Shown piece by piece: positions 12,486 to 57,944 of a DNA stretch of 64,000 nucleotides. The translations under genes and the position numbers were made by a program. Every line of letters begins with the position of its first letter. Position 1 is the first letter of the stretch. This DNA comes from Bugula neritina (lineage: Eukaryota > Animalia > Bryozoa), in NCBI GenBank assembly GCA_964035545.1, contig OZ037769.1, positions 6,801,929 through 6,865,928 on the forward strand, read 5' to 3'. Below the pieces are notes generated by a model. It worked only from the letters and a program-made list of their open reading frames with translations. It made no database searches and was not told where the DNA came from.

Positions 12486-12640
12486 GGGAAATATTCCAAT
12501 GTTTTGTTTTGTTTTGTTTTTCTATCTAAATAGTATTGGCATGTGGGGAATGTTTTCTACTAGAATTTTCTATACTGGAATGCTTGAGAATGTTCTAGAG
12601 TTTTTCTGTTTGCTATAAATACTGAGACAGTTGTGTTTAC
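12486..12640 (+). promoter_or_regulatory. Putative promoter of IAP copy 3 (kB-like, HSE-like, TATA)
   Basis: GGGAAAATATTCC 12486, GAATGTTCTAGAG 12588-12600, TATAAAT 12614-12620, TGTTTAC 12634. Confidence 0.4.
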
Positions 12641-12707
12641 AAGATAGTTCATTTCCATAAGTTGATCTGTGTATATCTTAGGGGGGGGGGAGGAAAGGGG
12701 TGGAATA

Positions 12708-13129
12708 GGGTCATTTTACTTAATTTAGTACACACTGAAAATTTCCAGTTTTTAGCTATTGTTTGCAATTTAGCTGCTAATGAACATGGGGTTTTGCCCA
12801 AAACTAGTAAAATATCAATAAATACATCTAATTAATCATGGTTCTTCTTAATTTTGCTTGATTTCCCATGTTTTTTCCTAATTATTCAGCTACTTTTGAT
12901 TGCAGACCGTTACGAAAAAACCGTAATGATCCGAAATCCAAATTAGCTAAATAAATAAGAAAAAACTTGGAAAATCAAGCAAAATTAAAAAGAACATTGA
13001 TTGTTTAGGTGTATTTATTGATATTTTACTAGTTTGGGGCAAAAAAAACAAATTGATTACCAGCTAAATTGTGAAAAACAGCTAAAAACTGGAGATTTCC
13101 AGTGTGTACTAAATTAAGTAAAATAACCC
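12708..13129. mobile_element. Foldback/MITE with ~200-bp inverted arms, GGG termini and 4-bp AATA TSD (Sola-like, tentative)
   Basis: gggtcattttacttaatttagtacacactg...cagtgtgtactaaattaagtaaaataaccc, flanked by aata on both sides. Confidence 0.85.
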
Positions 13130-13491
13130 AATAAAGTTTACTTATATCCACAACTCTAGCAAGCAGTATGCTGCTTGTCTATAAACCTTTGACGACCAGA
13201 TTTTTTGAACTCAGCACACTGCTACCATAGTTTTGTGACACTTATAGTTATTACATATGTATGATGTCATAGCTAAAATAGCTTATGATGCAATGCCAAC
13301 TAAAAACAGTGCAATGTCATGGATTTGTGTCCAATAAAAATGCTTTTCTATATAATATACTTTAATTGCTTGCAAAACCTGATGTAAGCAAAACATATGG
13401 AAATGAAATAAAGCATATAAAATCATAGCATGCCTTTCCTTTTGTTATAGCGATACTTACCGAAAAGATATCTGTTTTTAAAAGCAGCTTA

Positions 13492-15204
13492 ATGGATACA
13501 GTGGGCCTGCAGTACATGGATTCTAGGGGCTATCAGAATACTACTTCAACAGAACTTTATATAAGAACTTGCCCAACCTACATTCTCCTAGCCTGGTCAG
13601 TTGTAAGACTATCATGCATGTATTCAATATTGACCCTAATGAGTAAATGTTCAAGGATATGTCACTCCAGGAGCCAGAAACTTGACACCAAATACTCTTG
13701 TGAAGACTTGAAAGTTGAAAAAACAAAATCAGAGAAAGAAGATGATTCGGATACGGAGTTATCTGATTTAAGTTTCTCCAACCTGAATGGTAAATGGTGG
13801 AACCCGCAAAATACTCACTTAACTATCTACACTGTACCAAGATACCCCGAAAACCACAACCCTCTACTACCTCTGAGTTTACAGCAACGACTAGATGACA
13901 TGAGTCCAAAAGAATTTCTAACTTACGTACTCAAAGAGCTTACATTAGAAGAGAGAGAATCCCTGATGGTGGATGAAAGACAAAGACGTAAAACATTTCT
14001 AGTCAACTGGCCATACGATGGCCAGAGGTCTGGTGTAAAGATGGCACAAGCAGGATTATATTCATTGAACTGTGCTGACAGAGTCCAGTGTGTCTTCTGC
14101 AGAGGAAGTCTCCATCAGTGGAACTCTGCTGATACACCAATGGTTGAACATGCCAGATCCTTTACTTTCTGTAGATTTGTCAAAGGTTTAGAATGTGGAA
14201 ACAGAGAGTATAAGTCGAATATGCTCTCTGAAGATGACGTTAAAAATATAACAAGATTCTATAAGCCGACAGGAAGTGAAAGACAACAAAGAACTCACAG
14301 CGAGTCAGTAGACGGAGCCGTGTTAGGAATATCTACCAACAAAGCAGCTCTCATACGTTATGCTCCGGCAGCTACCAGAATACGAACATTTGCTCGTTGG
14401 CCAGCATCAAGTCCAATCACAGCTCAGAGAATGTGTGAGGCTGGATTTTATTTCACAGGATTTGAAGATCAGGTTCGCTGCTTCTTTTGTGCCGGAGGAG
14501 TTAAACATTGGAGAGAGAATGATGATCCTTGGGAAGAACATGCCAGATGGTTTCCAGACTGCGCTTTCCTGATCCAACAGAAGGGTCAAGGATATGTTGA
14601 GGAGGTACACGCTAAAACTCCGAATAACATGAAAAGCGTTAGAAAAACCCAGGCACAGAAATCTGCAGAAACCAAACAGAATGACCAAAAAACTATAGAA
14701 CAAGATATGCAGAGTATATGCTTGAAACTTGGGTACACCAAAGAAGATATTGATAGAGTGCTTGAAATTAATGGTAAACAATTTAGTAACATCAGTATGA
14801 TGATAGACGCCCTCAACGGCGATGAGGTTGAAGACTGTTCCACAACTATGAGGGCTGCTCCTAGACATTCTACCAACTCTGCCAAATCTACATCTTCAAC
14901 ATGCCCTGAGGAAGATCGTCATAAACTACTTGTAAATCAAGATGGCGCAAGCTATAACCCCGGGACATTTAATGGAAATGAAATCCAGCCAAAATATCAG
15001 TTAGGTTGCAGAAAATGTGAAATGACCACTGAAGGATTTGTTCCTGCTACACACGTAGGACTCCCGTGTGGTCACCTTATCTATTGTGACTCTTGTAACA
15101 GTGAGGAAAAGCGTAGAGCTAGTTTTTCTAATTATGTAGCAAAATGTCCAGCTTATAAATGCGGAGCACCACTAAAGGGGTCAATCAAGATCTACTTTTC
15201 GTAA
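13492..15204 (+). CDS. IAP copy 3 (hydrophobic N-terminal leader-BIR-BIR-UBA-RING), 570 aa
   Basis: Full ORF; core nearly identical to copy 1. Candidate splice acceptor (ttttaaaagcag) ends at 13487, just before the ATG. Confidence 0.9.
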   Translation: MDTVGLQYMDSRGYQNTTSTELYIRTCPTYILLAWSVVRLSCMYSILTLMSKCSRICHSRSQKLDTKYSCEDLKVEKTKSEKEDDSDTELSDLSFSNLNGKWWNPQNTHLTIYTVPRYPENHNPLLPLSLQQRLDDMSPKEFLTYVLKELTLEERESLMVDERQRRKTFLVNWPYDGQRSGVKMAQAGLYSLNCADRVQCVFCRGSLHQWNSADTPMVEHARSFTFCRFVKGLECGNREYKSNMLSEDDVKNITRFYKPTGSERQQRTHSESVDGAVLGISTNKAALIRYAPAATRIRTFARWPASSPITAQRMCEAGFYFTGFEDQVRCFFCAGGVKHWRENDDPWEEHARWFPDCAFLIQQKGQGYVEEVHAKTPNNMKSVRKTQAQKSAETKQNDQKTIEQDMQSICLKLGYTKEDIDRVLEINGKQFSNISMMIDALNGDEVEDCSTTMRAAPRHSTNSAKSTSSTCPEEDRHKLLVNQDGASYNPGTFNGNEIQPKYQLGCRKCEMTTEGFVPATHVGLPCGHLIYCDSCNSEEKRRASFSNYVAKCPAYKCGAPLKGSIKIYFS

Positions 15205-17691
15205 ATCAAAACAATGAGCAATAATTTATAAGCTGTTAAAACTTTAATTAGTATATAATTTTATTAAAAGCAAAACATTTTTATAAAATATGCAACTTTT
15301 ATTATTATTAAAAACATTGCAAAAATCAACTTTTTGTATCCTCGTGCAGGGTTCAATTTTTTTTAAAAACATGATTCAATATTGATAATATTATAAAATT
15401 TCATACATATAATATTATTTTTACTATCAATTACATGCAGTATTATAATATTGATGATGGTATTTAAATCTACTAATTATTATTATATACCAGTGTTCAT
15501 AACATGGAATAATGTGTTCAAACTATTTTAACATGCCTACAATCAAATATCATTTTTAAACCAAATGGTCAAAAATGCATATGAAAATTATAAAATTCTT
15601 TTAATAGAAATAATTGTTTTTTTTTAAATGATATTCATCGTGCACACCTTGACTAGATTTGTTACTTCTACCTCTGTTTATTTTTTATGAATTTACTTTT
15701 CTTTATATTAACATTCTGTTTATACACCAACAAGAAACTTTCTGGTTTGTTGTTTTTCTATCAATTTTATTTGCTAAACAATGTGCAATCAGTCACTGTT
15801 TATACTTTATTGCTCAGTTTACAACGTAATAAAATATTTTATATTCTGCACCATGATCTTGTGCTTGAATGTACTATGATTGCAAATTTTTTTGAAAGTT
15901 TCACCTATAGATAAAGTTCCAGCAAACACTCCTTTTATGATAAATTATCATTGTTCCTCTGATAACAAAACTTGTCTAAAGTTATTCCTTTAATTTATAC
16001 TTCTAGTATAAGTTAGTTGTTAGTGACTCCAACTAAATTAAGGACAATAAATTTATATCAACTCTATATTATTTGCACTCTTGCACTCTATTAATAACTC
16101 TTTGTCAGCTAAGAGCTTTGTTGGATATCTGATATTAACAGCCCAATGCGAGATATGCATTGCAACATGCCCAGACTTGCCTGGCCATATTTTTGAGTTG
16201 AGGAATATCACAGTGATAGCAATCAATAGCTTAGCCGCATAACTAATGCAGCTGGCACTTTGCCAATCATATGAACCACATCTTTTGTGTTGATTACTCT
16301 ATTTGTTGAGTTAGTCGATAGTATATTCTAGAAGCATAACTAAACGTAAGCATTTTGCTGATAAGGAACTAAACTTTTGTTTCCTCATGATTCATAAACC
16401 CGTGGGCTCAGACCTATCAACCAGGCATCAACTTGTCAGTTCACATCTAATATTAAATAATTATATTAATAGTAGCCACAGCTAGTTTCAACAAGTCAAT
16501 ATTGTTGACATCATAGTAATGTATAATAGAGTCCAGCTGTCTTGTTTTTAAATTTTATATGTTAGGAACTTTGATAGCAAAATGTTTTTCCAAGTTCCCA
16601 GCAATTTGTTCAGTGAAAATTGGTTTTATATATCAATTAAAGCAGTGTAGTGCATGTAAGTGAGTGTTGTTATATTTTATAGGACTACATCTTAAATTAC
16701 AAGCATTATTTCTTAGTATGAACTAAGTTTTTTTCAAATACTTTACTTTTTAGAATTTAGAGATTTCCTTATTTGGACTATAAAAAGAAAATTAGCACGA
16801 TTTGAGTAAAATCATTATAACTAATTAGTATTTTCCACTCATAATTTTATTCTTGTTTGTTGAACTTATGCATAAGTATAACAGTTTGTATAGTTTCAAC
16901 TTTCAATGCTATGAAATGTAAATTTAATCACTAAGTTGAAATTTAAGACAGTATATTCTCATTGATTATATAGTATATATAGTATGTATAGTATAGTATG
17001 TCGAACGCATCTCAAGAGCTATAATATAGAATGATATTAGAATGATTGGGTGTGCTATCAACAGCTGGCACTCTCGGAGATATATGGCAGGTCTGGTCCA
17101 GGCAACAGCTCGCGAGTCAATACGCCACAGATAGTGACATAGCGCAAGCTCAATACAAGCATGCCAGTCTATAGTACAGCTGATGCAGCACTACGGTTAG
17201 CTACTACGTACTAGTGCCACTAAATTCGGATGAAGCAACCTAAAAGTCTGTAACATTTAAAGTCTGTAACATTTCAAGGTAGTGTATGTCACTTTTTAAC
17301 TGTAAAAAGTAACTGTTTGATGTAAATTCTAAGAATTTAAGTTTTGTGGGAAGATTCAGCTCTAGTTTAAGCTTTACAGCGTTACTTAAGCAATGAATGA
17401 ATCCCTATGCCACAATTAGATAGTTCGCTAAAATTACTTTGTAAAAGTCACATGAAATGTTTTTTATCTAAACTTCTGTAAAATGCAATACTAACTAGAT
17501 GGTATGCAAAAAGCCCAGTGCAAGAGACTAGGTTACACCATTGTTACTTACCTAGGTTTTATATGATGTGTTAGAACCAAATGAACAAAATTGTTGATTA
17601 GATTTGCATCTATAATTCTGTTATCTACATCACTTAAAGTGCGGTAGCTTGCTTACACAGCAAGTCTATTTCATCAGCTAAATATTTGATT

Positions 17692-17820
17692 TGGAATTTC
17701 CAGTTACTCATACAAAAGTTTCCATATTTGTCATCAGGAATTTTCTAGAGTGGAATCTTTTGAAAACAGTGCTGCTGTTGCTTATTAACTTCTATAAAGT
17801 CATGTATAAACATGTTTACA
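17692..17820 (+). promoter_or_regulatory. Putative promoter of IAP copy 4 (kB, HSE-like, TATA)
   Basis: TGGAATTTCC 17692, GAATTTTCTAGAG 17738-17750, TATAAAG 17793, TGTTTAC ~17813. Confidence 0.4.
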
Positions 17821-19060
17821 GTCTAAAAGTCTGTTTATTAGAAAAATTCAATATTAGTTTAGTTTTCCAACTTCCTGGAAGCCATTACACTTTTGTCAAT
17901 AAGTTGTGAAAAATAGGAAATATAGATGATGAAAATATAGTAAACATAATAGTCATCTCATAATCAGAAATCTGATAAAGTTTTACTCATTCTTGGAGGG
18001 AGTTTCACCTATGGTTGTATTTTGATCTTTGTTTTTCGTTATCTAGAAGTTAATCTACTTGTTTTAAAAGAAGGACAACTCCAAATTACCTCAATTGTTT
18101 TTACAACAGATAATGCAACTTTATTATTAATATGTTTTATGGGCAACTAAACATTCTGAGCTAATACTCCTGCAGTACATACTGCCAGTCAATCCTATAA
18201 AAGGAGTTGTAGTCTAAAACAAATTTTAGCAGTAAATATAATGTTTTTTTTCAAATTCACCATCATATTAGTATCTATGGTTTGATGTGTTTTATTTCAT
18301 GACACTCGATTCTTAGCTATATAACCCATAATTATTATTATAAAATTTCAAATGAATATTCTCAATATTTTATACTCCTGGACATGGTCAATTAAAACGT
18401 TCATTCATTGATGAGCCCCAGCAGGCTACGAGTAGGGAATCAGGAAGCAATATGGTAACAAAAATTATAAAGTCCATATATTATATTTATAGGTATTGCT
18501 GAAAGATCTGTTGAAAATAGTGTATATAGAGTTTACACTTCTGTTACCCTAAATTAGTTTAATATATTATGGCATTGCTTCAATTGCATTAGAGTTATCC
18601 TTCCATGCATGTGTACACTTGCACTCTATCTCATTTTACCATGCATGGCAGTTGTTAAATTTTTCATTATCTTCATTACAGTTGATACCATATTGTTAAA
18701 TTATTATGGAGTTTTCTGATGGGATTGCATTACAATACTGGTACATTATTATATGGTAGCAGTAGACAACACTCTTTGGTGTGTATGATAGGGAAAAGTT
18801 GCTTTATAACCCTTAAGCAGTGTATCAATTTATGTATTGTAAAATATTGTAGTAAATTGTGTTATACTTGTAGAGTACATGCTGTTATTTGTAGAAAATC
18901 TGCTATTATCTTTTGAAACATATATACATTGTTATATTTAGAACATATAATATACTATTTGTAGAACTTCTACTACTATTTGGTCGGCTAACTACCCATG
19001 GCAAGCTAATGTCATCCCTTAATAATACAGAACATTTTGGAGTTACACAATTTTCCAAAG

Positions 19061-20143
19061 ATGTTTACCATGCAAGGAGAAGATTTTAGCCAGACGTTGA
19101 GGGATTTGTGCGGTACTGTTTATCCACCAGCTAGTCAGGGGGTCAGTTTGTCCGTTTACATCGTGCCCTGGTACTCACTTATCAATGTGAACAGGGTAAA
19201 CGTGTCCAAATATGCACATTACATCTCAGAGCACCTCTCTGAAGAAGATCTTGACATCTTAATGCGAGATGAAACTGAGCGTCGCAAAACTTTTGTGTCA
19301 AATTGGCCTCATCAAAATAACTTATCCGGAATAAAAATGGCTGAATCAGGTTTTTTTTATTTAGGCAAAGATGATAGAGTGAAATGCGTATTTTGTAAAG
19401 GCATCCTATTCAACTGGCATGAATCAAATGATCCAATGACGGAACATAGGAAGGCTTTTTCGTTTTGCGAATTTGGGAAAGGACTGCTTTGTGGCAACAT
19501 CAAATATCAAGCAAACATGCTTATAAAAGAAGACATTAGGAACGTCAGTAGGGTTCAGACTTTGTCTAATAGGAATGAACAAATAGAGAATGTGGAGGGA
19601 GTCCAGGACAGAATAATGCTGGGTATTCAAGTTAACCATCTCCAAATCTTATACCAACATCTTTCTGCCAGGTTTCAGTCATTTCATAGTTGGTCTCCGC
19701 TGGCCACACCTGGCTATTTGATGAGTGCTGCCGGTTTTTATTCACTTGGCAGACACGGCGCGGTCGTTTGCTTCTGCTGCCGTGGAGGCTTTAAGAACTG
19801 GACAGATAACCATGACCCTTGGCAGCAGCACGCTATGTACTACCCAACATGCCATTATTTGTTAGAGAAAAAAGGACAAAATTATGTAAACGAAATTCAG
19901 CGTAGATTTCCAGTTACGACATCTCTAACTGTGTCCAAATGTGAAAAACTGATAGCTGGTTACAAGATAAACTGCAAGAAGTGTGGGTTAGCAAAATTCA
20001 GTAGTGTCTGGTACATTGGTCTTCCATGTGGCCACTTCTTATACTGCGAGGAATGCAACGTTATAGAAGTTTCAAATCCTCGACTAAAGTGCCCATCTTG
20101 TCAACTACAACTAAAAGCTACATTCAAAATTTTTCTCTGCTAA
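19061..20143 (+). CDS. Divergent IAP copy 4 (BIR-BIR-RING, no UBA)
   Basis: BIR motifs DRVKCVFC..EH..C and CFCCRGG..W..HDPWQQH..YPTC; RING CKKC..PCGHFLYCEEC..CPSC. First ATG at 19061 (ORF track starts at TTG 19037). Candidate acceptor ends at 19030. Confidence 0.88.
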   Translation: MFTMQGEDFSQTLRDLCGTVYPPASQGVSLSVYIVPWYSLINVNRVNVSKYAHYISEHLSEEDLDILMRDETERRKTFVSNWPHQNNLSGIKMAESGFFYLGKDDRVKCVFCKGILFNWHESNDPMTEHRKAFSFCEFGKGLLCGNIKYQANMLIKEDIRNVSRVQTLSNRNEQIENVEGVQDRIMLGIQVNHLQILYQHLSARFQSFHSWSPLATPGYLMSAAGFYSLGRHGAVVCFCCRGGFKNWTDNHDPWQQHAMYYPTCHYLLEKKGQNYVNEIQRRFPVTTSLTVSKCEKLIAGYKINCKKCGLAKFSSVWYIGLPCGHFLYCEECNVIEVSNPRLKCPSCQLQLKATFKIFLC

Positions 20144-22027
20144 ATATTCAAATATATAGGTAATATATGTGTTTTAGTGAATTTTTTTTTTTGATTATTG
20201 AAAGTTTCTATACACTCCATCTATGCACTAGCTAGCATAGAAATAGTTAAATCTGAATCAATGAGTATATATTTGCCTACAAGCTAATTGTCATTATGCT
20301 GTGTATGGACAATGTATATTTTTTTGAAGATAGTACAATGTAAGTCTCAGTATCAGCTTTAACCCTTATATGCACATTTCTTAGCTTGGCTATTAGACTA
20401 TTGTGAGTTATAATCATTTTAAAAAATATTTTTACATGGTTATTTATTTTAAATTATATTGAAAACTCATGTTCAGCATTATGCTAAAATTTATCAAATT
20501 ATGTCTTTATTTTTAAAAACTTAATAAGCACTAACTACATACATGTTATGCATGTGATATACAAAAAATATTGTACAATTAAATCTTGATGCACCAAATT
20601 AAGATTTATCTCTTCATGCAACAGTGTAAAACTCGTACATCTGCAGGGATGCATGCTACGACTTGTGAAATTTCCAACTTGTATTTGCGACATTAATAAA
20701 GAATTTAAGAATTCCCCTAATTCAGCACTGCCAGCTGATTAAAAATAATAGCCAATAAAAGGCATAATAAACACATTGCTTGTCTCAAATATATTTACAT
20801 ATGCCTGGCAGGTCTGAATTTTATAAGGACTCTGACTGATGAATCACATACACAGCTAAATCATCTAAGTAAAGGTTGCGTGGAAAACTGCGCGAAGTAG
20901 CTTCAACAGATTATGATCAAATTCTTTCTACTACTTCAAGGTAAAAAGATTTATCATTAACATCTTTTTGCTTTGAGGGAGAAGGTTTACTCTGCCATTA
21001 AGCATGTTCATTAGGTAAAAGAAATGCATTCTCAATTTGACAGTAGCTTGACACTTCCAGAGTTTAAAGGTAGGTTAACTGTTAACTGAAGACAAGAGCC
21101 ATCTATTATGTCTGTGCATGTGGTTCTCATTTAGCTTTAAATAAACATACAAATAAATCTTTTAGTGCAGTCTGGTTTTTTCCTGGAACTTTCTTCAGAG
21201 TTTTTAAAATAAGTTTATTAAGATTAATTGCTAACAATGGTTACATTACATTACTAAAATGTTTAGATTCATGTGTGGAGAGTAAAGTATCCTCCGTGAT
21301 GTTTGATAAGTTGTAATCATTATAGTTCAGTCAGCTTGTCACTGAAGTTAGGCTCTTATCTTGACTACTAGCAAAAGGTTATCCGTTGGAATATAATGGA
21401 ATTCCCGTTGAATAAAAATTTACCGATTAATAAGCAATTACTAAAGCAAGGCTACACAGGCTATTCCATTGCCAAATCCCTATTATGTACAATCATAATA
21501 CTAATGGGGAGCATTCTCACCCCCTTGGTAATTTACTCAGGTTAGCTGGCTGTTGGATATTGCTATGAAATAGCCTAATAGTGACACGCCCACTTTCGAT
21601 GAAACTGCTCACATTATGCATGTCCAGAAATCCTATGATAAAGCTTAGATATATCTTATAATGTAGAGTTATTCAACAATTTCAAAGTTAGAATAAAGCT
21701 TATATTAAAGAGATTTCTAGAACATCTCCTAGACTGTAGAGTAACTTGTTGGTAAAACTCTACTTGAGCTATAACTACACATAAACATTCATCTGAAAAG
21801 TATTTATGCAAACCTTCCATAATGGGTGTAGCTAAAAGTTTTAACACAGCTAATATTAGCTTTCAGTACTGCTGACCCTTTCTGTAGTACGTAGACTGAA
21901 CCTGAGACCCTATTTTTACTAATAAACATGCATATACAAGATTTTAAAACTTGTGATTATAATTGTTGGCTGGTTTGTTAATATGTTATTTGTTATATTT
22001 TAATTTTTATATGTTGTAGATCTCAAA

Positions 22028-23758
22028 ATGGATATAATTCTAATAGTTTTCTTGTATAACATCATGAGGATCATTGAAGAAACGGCAAAGATGACATATC
22101 AGCAAACTACGTTATACATATCCATACTCAGATGGAGAATTTTGCTGGAGGATTATTTTAACAATGACAAACTAAATAAATCTAAAAATAAAAATAATGA
22201 TCTCAATATAACACACAGTTGGCATATTCAAAATATGCCAATCTTAGTCTACACCGTACCAAGATACCCTGAAAACCACAACCCTCTACTACCTCTGAGT
22301 TTACAACAACGACTAGACAACATGGGCCCAAAAGAATTTCTAACTTACGTACTCAAAGAGCTTACATTAGAAGAGAGAGAATCTCTGATGGTGGATGAAA
22401 GACAAAGACGTAAAACATTTCTAGTTAACTGGCCATACGATGACCAGAGGTCTGGTGTAAAGATGGCACAAGCAGGATTCTATTCATTGAACTGTGCTGA
22501 CAGAGTCCAGTGTGTCTTCTGCAGAGGAAGTCTCGACCAATGGAGTTCCAATGACATTCCTATGGAAGAGCATAGAAAACACTTTTCCTTTTGTAGATTT
22601 GGAACAGGTCTTCAATGTGGAAATCGTGAATGTCGCGAAAATACTTTACTGAATGAGGACTTTAAGAACATAACAACATTTTCAAAAAATGATACGACTA
22701 GCAGTAGGGCATATGGGATATCCACCAGAAACCTTCCTTTTGCTCCAGCAGCGGTTAGAATTCGAACATTTGCTAGTTGGCCGGCATATTGCCCAATCAC
22801 AGCTCAGAGAATGTGTGAGGCTGGATTTTATTTCACAGGATTTGAAGATCAGGTTCGCTGCTTCTTTTGTGGGGGAGGAATTAAACAGTGGAGAGAGAAT
22901 GATGATCCTTGGGAAGAACATGCCAGGTGGTTTCCAGACTGTGCTTTTCTGATCCAACAGAAAGGTCAACAATATGTTGAGGAGGTACATCATAAGATAG
23001 AAGCTAATCCAACTAAATGTAAAACCATTAAAGTAAAACCTCGAAGAAGTGAGAGAATCATTAGGAAGCAAAAGATTATAGCCTTCAATAAAACTAAAGC
23101 AGATGTTAATGAAGCCTCTGCTAACAGCTCAACAACCACTAACCATACAAACAGCTTTTTAAATCAGAATCAAAGCCAACCTGTGAGTTTTCTGCAGCTA
23201 GGAATTCAAACTAATAGACCAATAAAACCATCATTTGCTTTGAGAAGCTCCAGATTGGCAACTTTCACCAATTGGCCACCATCTTGCCCAATTGCCCCAC
23301 AAAACTTAAGTGAAGCTGGCTTTTACTATACTGGAACGAAGGACGAAGTTAGGTGCTTTTTTTGTAATATAGGAGTGGCAAAGTGGCAGAAGGATGATGA
23401 CCCCTGGAAGGAGCATGCCTTGTACAACCCTGATTGCAAATTCCTGAGAGAACAGAAAGGATGGATCTATATCAAGCAGGTACTTGATAATGCCCCAAGG
23501 TACATGAATGTCAACAAGAAATGGTTTGAACCACCTGCTGATCTACCTCAAGTGCAAGCGAGAGAGGAACGTTCTAATCTGTTGGCATGCTTGATTTGTG
23601 AACAAAATCACTCGGTGCATGTGCCTGCTACAAATGTAACTCTTCCATGTGGACATTTAGTTTTTTGCAATGACTGCACACGAGAGAGTGTAGAACGTCC
23701 AATAATTTGCCCAGAATGTGGTGCAGAAATCGCAGGTGCCATAAGGGTCTATATATAG
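22028..23758 (+). CDS. IAP copy 5 (leader-BIR-BIR-BIR-RING), 576 aa
   Basis: Three BIR motifs; RING CLIC..PCGHLVFCNDC..CPEC; tail IRVYI. Acceptor-like tttttatatgttgtag ends at 22019; donor-like aag|gtaaaa at 20940. Confidence 0.9.
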   Translation: MDIILIVFLYNIMRIIEETAKMTYQQTTLYISILRWRILLEDYFNNDKLNKSKNKNNDLNITHSWHIQNMPILVYTVPRYPENHNPLLPLSLQQRLDNMGPKEFLTYVLKELTLEERESLMVDERQRRKTFLVNWPYDDQRSGVKMAQAGFYSLNCADRVQCVFCRGSLDQWSSNDIPMEEHRKHFSFCRFGTGLQCGNRECRENTLLNEDFKNITTFSKNDTTSSRAYGISTRNLPFAPAAVRIRTFASWPAYCPITAQRMCEAGFYFTGFEDQVRCFFCGGGIKQWRENDDPWEEHARWFPDCAFLIQQKGQQYVEEVHHKIEANPTKCKTIKVKPRRSERIIRKQKIIAFNKTKADVNEASANSSTTTNHTNSFLNQNQSQPVSFLQLGIQTNRPIKPSFALRSSRLATFTNWPPSCPIAPQNLSEAGFYYTGTKDEVRCFFCNIGVAKWQKDDDPWKEHALYNPDCKFLREQKGWIYIKQVLDNAPRYMNVNKKWFEPPADLPQVQAREERSNLLACLICEQNHSVHVPATNVTLPCGHLVFCNDCTRESVERPIICPECGAEIAGAIRVYI

Positions 23759-24578
23759 AATGGAGCTTGTATTTATTAGTTGTCTGCACACTACAGTTTG
23801 TTGTGTTGCAGCATCATGATAATTATGTTTGTCAGTAAATTATTGAGTGGGTACTGCATTAAGTTTTTTCTTTTTACACCATTTTAGTAAAAAAAATTTT
23901 TAATAGATATATACAATGTTTATATACATAATAATCACAGCATTCAAAAACTAATATAATTTTGCTGAAAGTTATGTACATTGTGTTTTGTTTATTTGTA
24001 TACAAATAAAAGATAATCTTGAATATCAAACAGTGCTATATAACTTTTGATAAAATAAAGTTTAAGCAGAAAAACCCAATGACATAATTTTAAAAAAATT
24101 GTCTTTGCTTTTGGCAAAAAAATGAAAAACTGCCATTTACACAATTTATAGATGGGTAAGAATGCAGTCTTCAAAAAGCATATCTGAAAAATTGAAAATA
24201 TGACAAAACCACGATACCTTACTAAGACTACCTGTTGAACAAAGTCCAATGCTAAAGGTGATGTGGTCAAGTTACTTGCTATATTCTTAGATAACCAACA
24301 TAAACATTCCATAGCTTGCCTGGATAATGTATGAATATTACCACACAACACCTGTGTATAAAATATCTAATGTTGTCATCTAATAAACTAAGGGTAAACA
24401 TCTAGAATAAATGCTATTCTATGAAGAAAAATGTTGATGCAAATCAGTTTTCAGAGTATAAAATTTGTGGAAATAGAGGCCCTTTGTATAAGAATTAAAA
24501 GGTACACTGCACCATGCATCATATGAGAAAATGGCGACCTCCATTGCATTATCAGAGTAATTTGGTCAATAATAAGCA

Positions 24579-57944
<33,366 letters not shown>

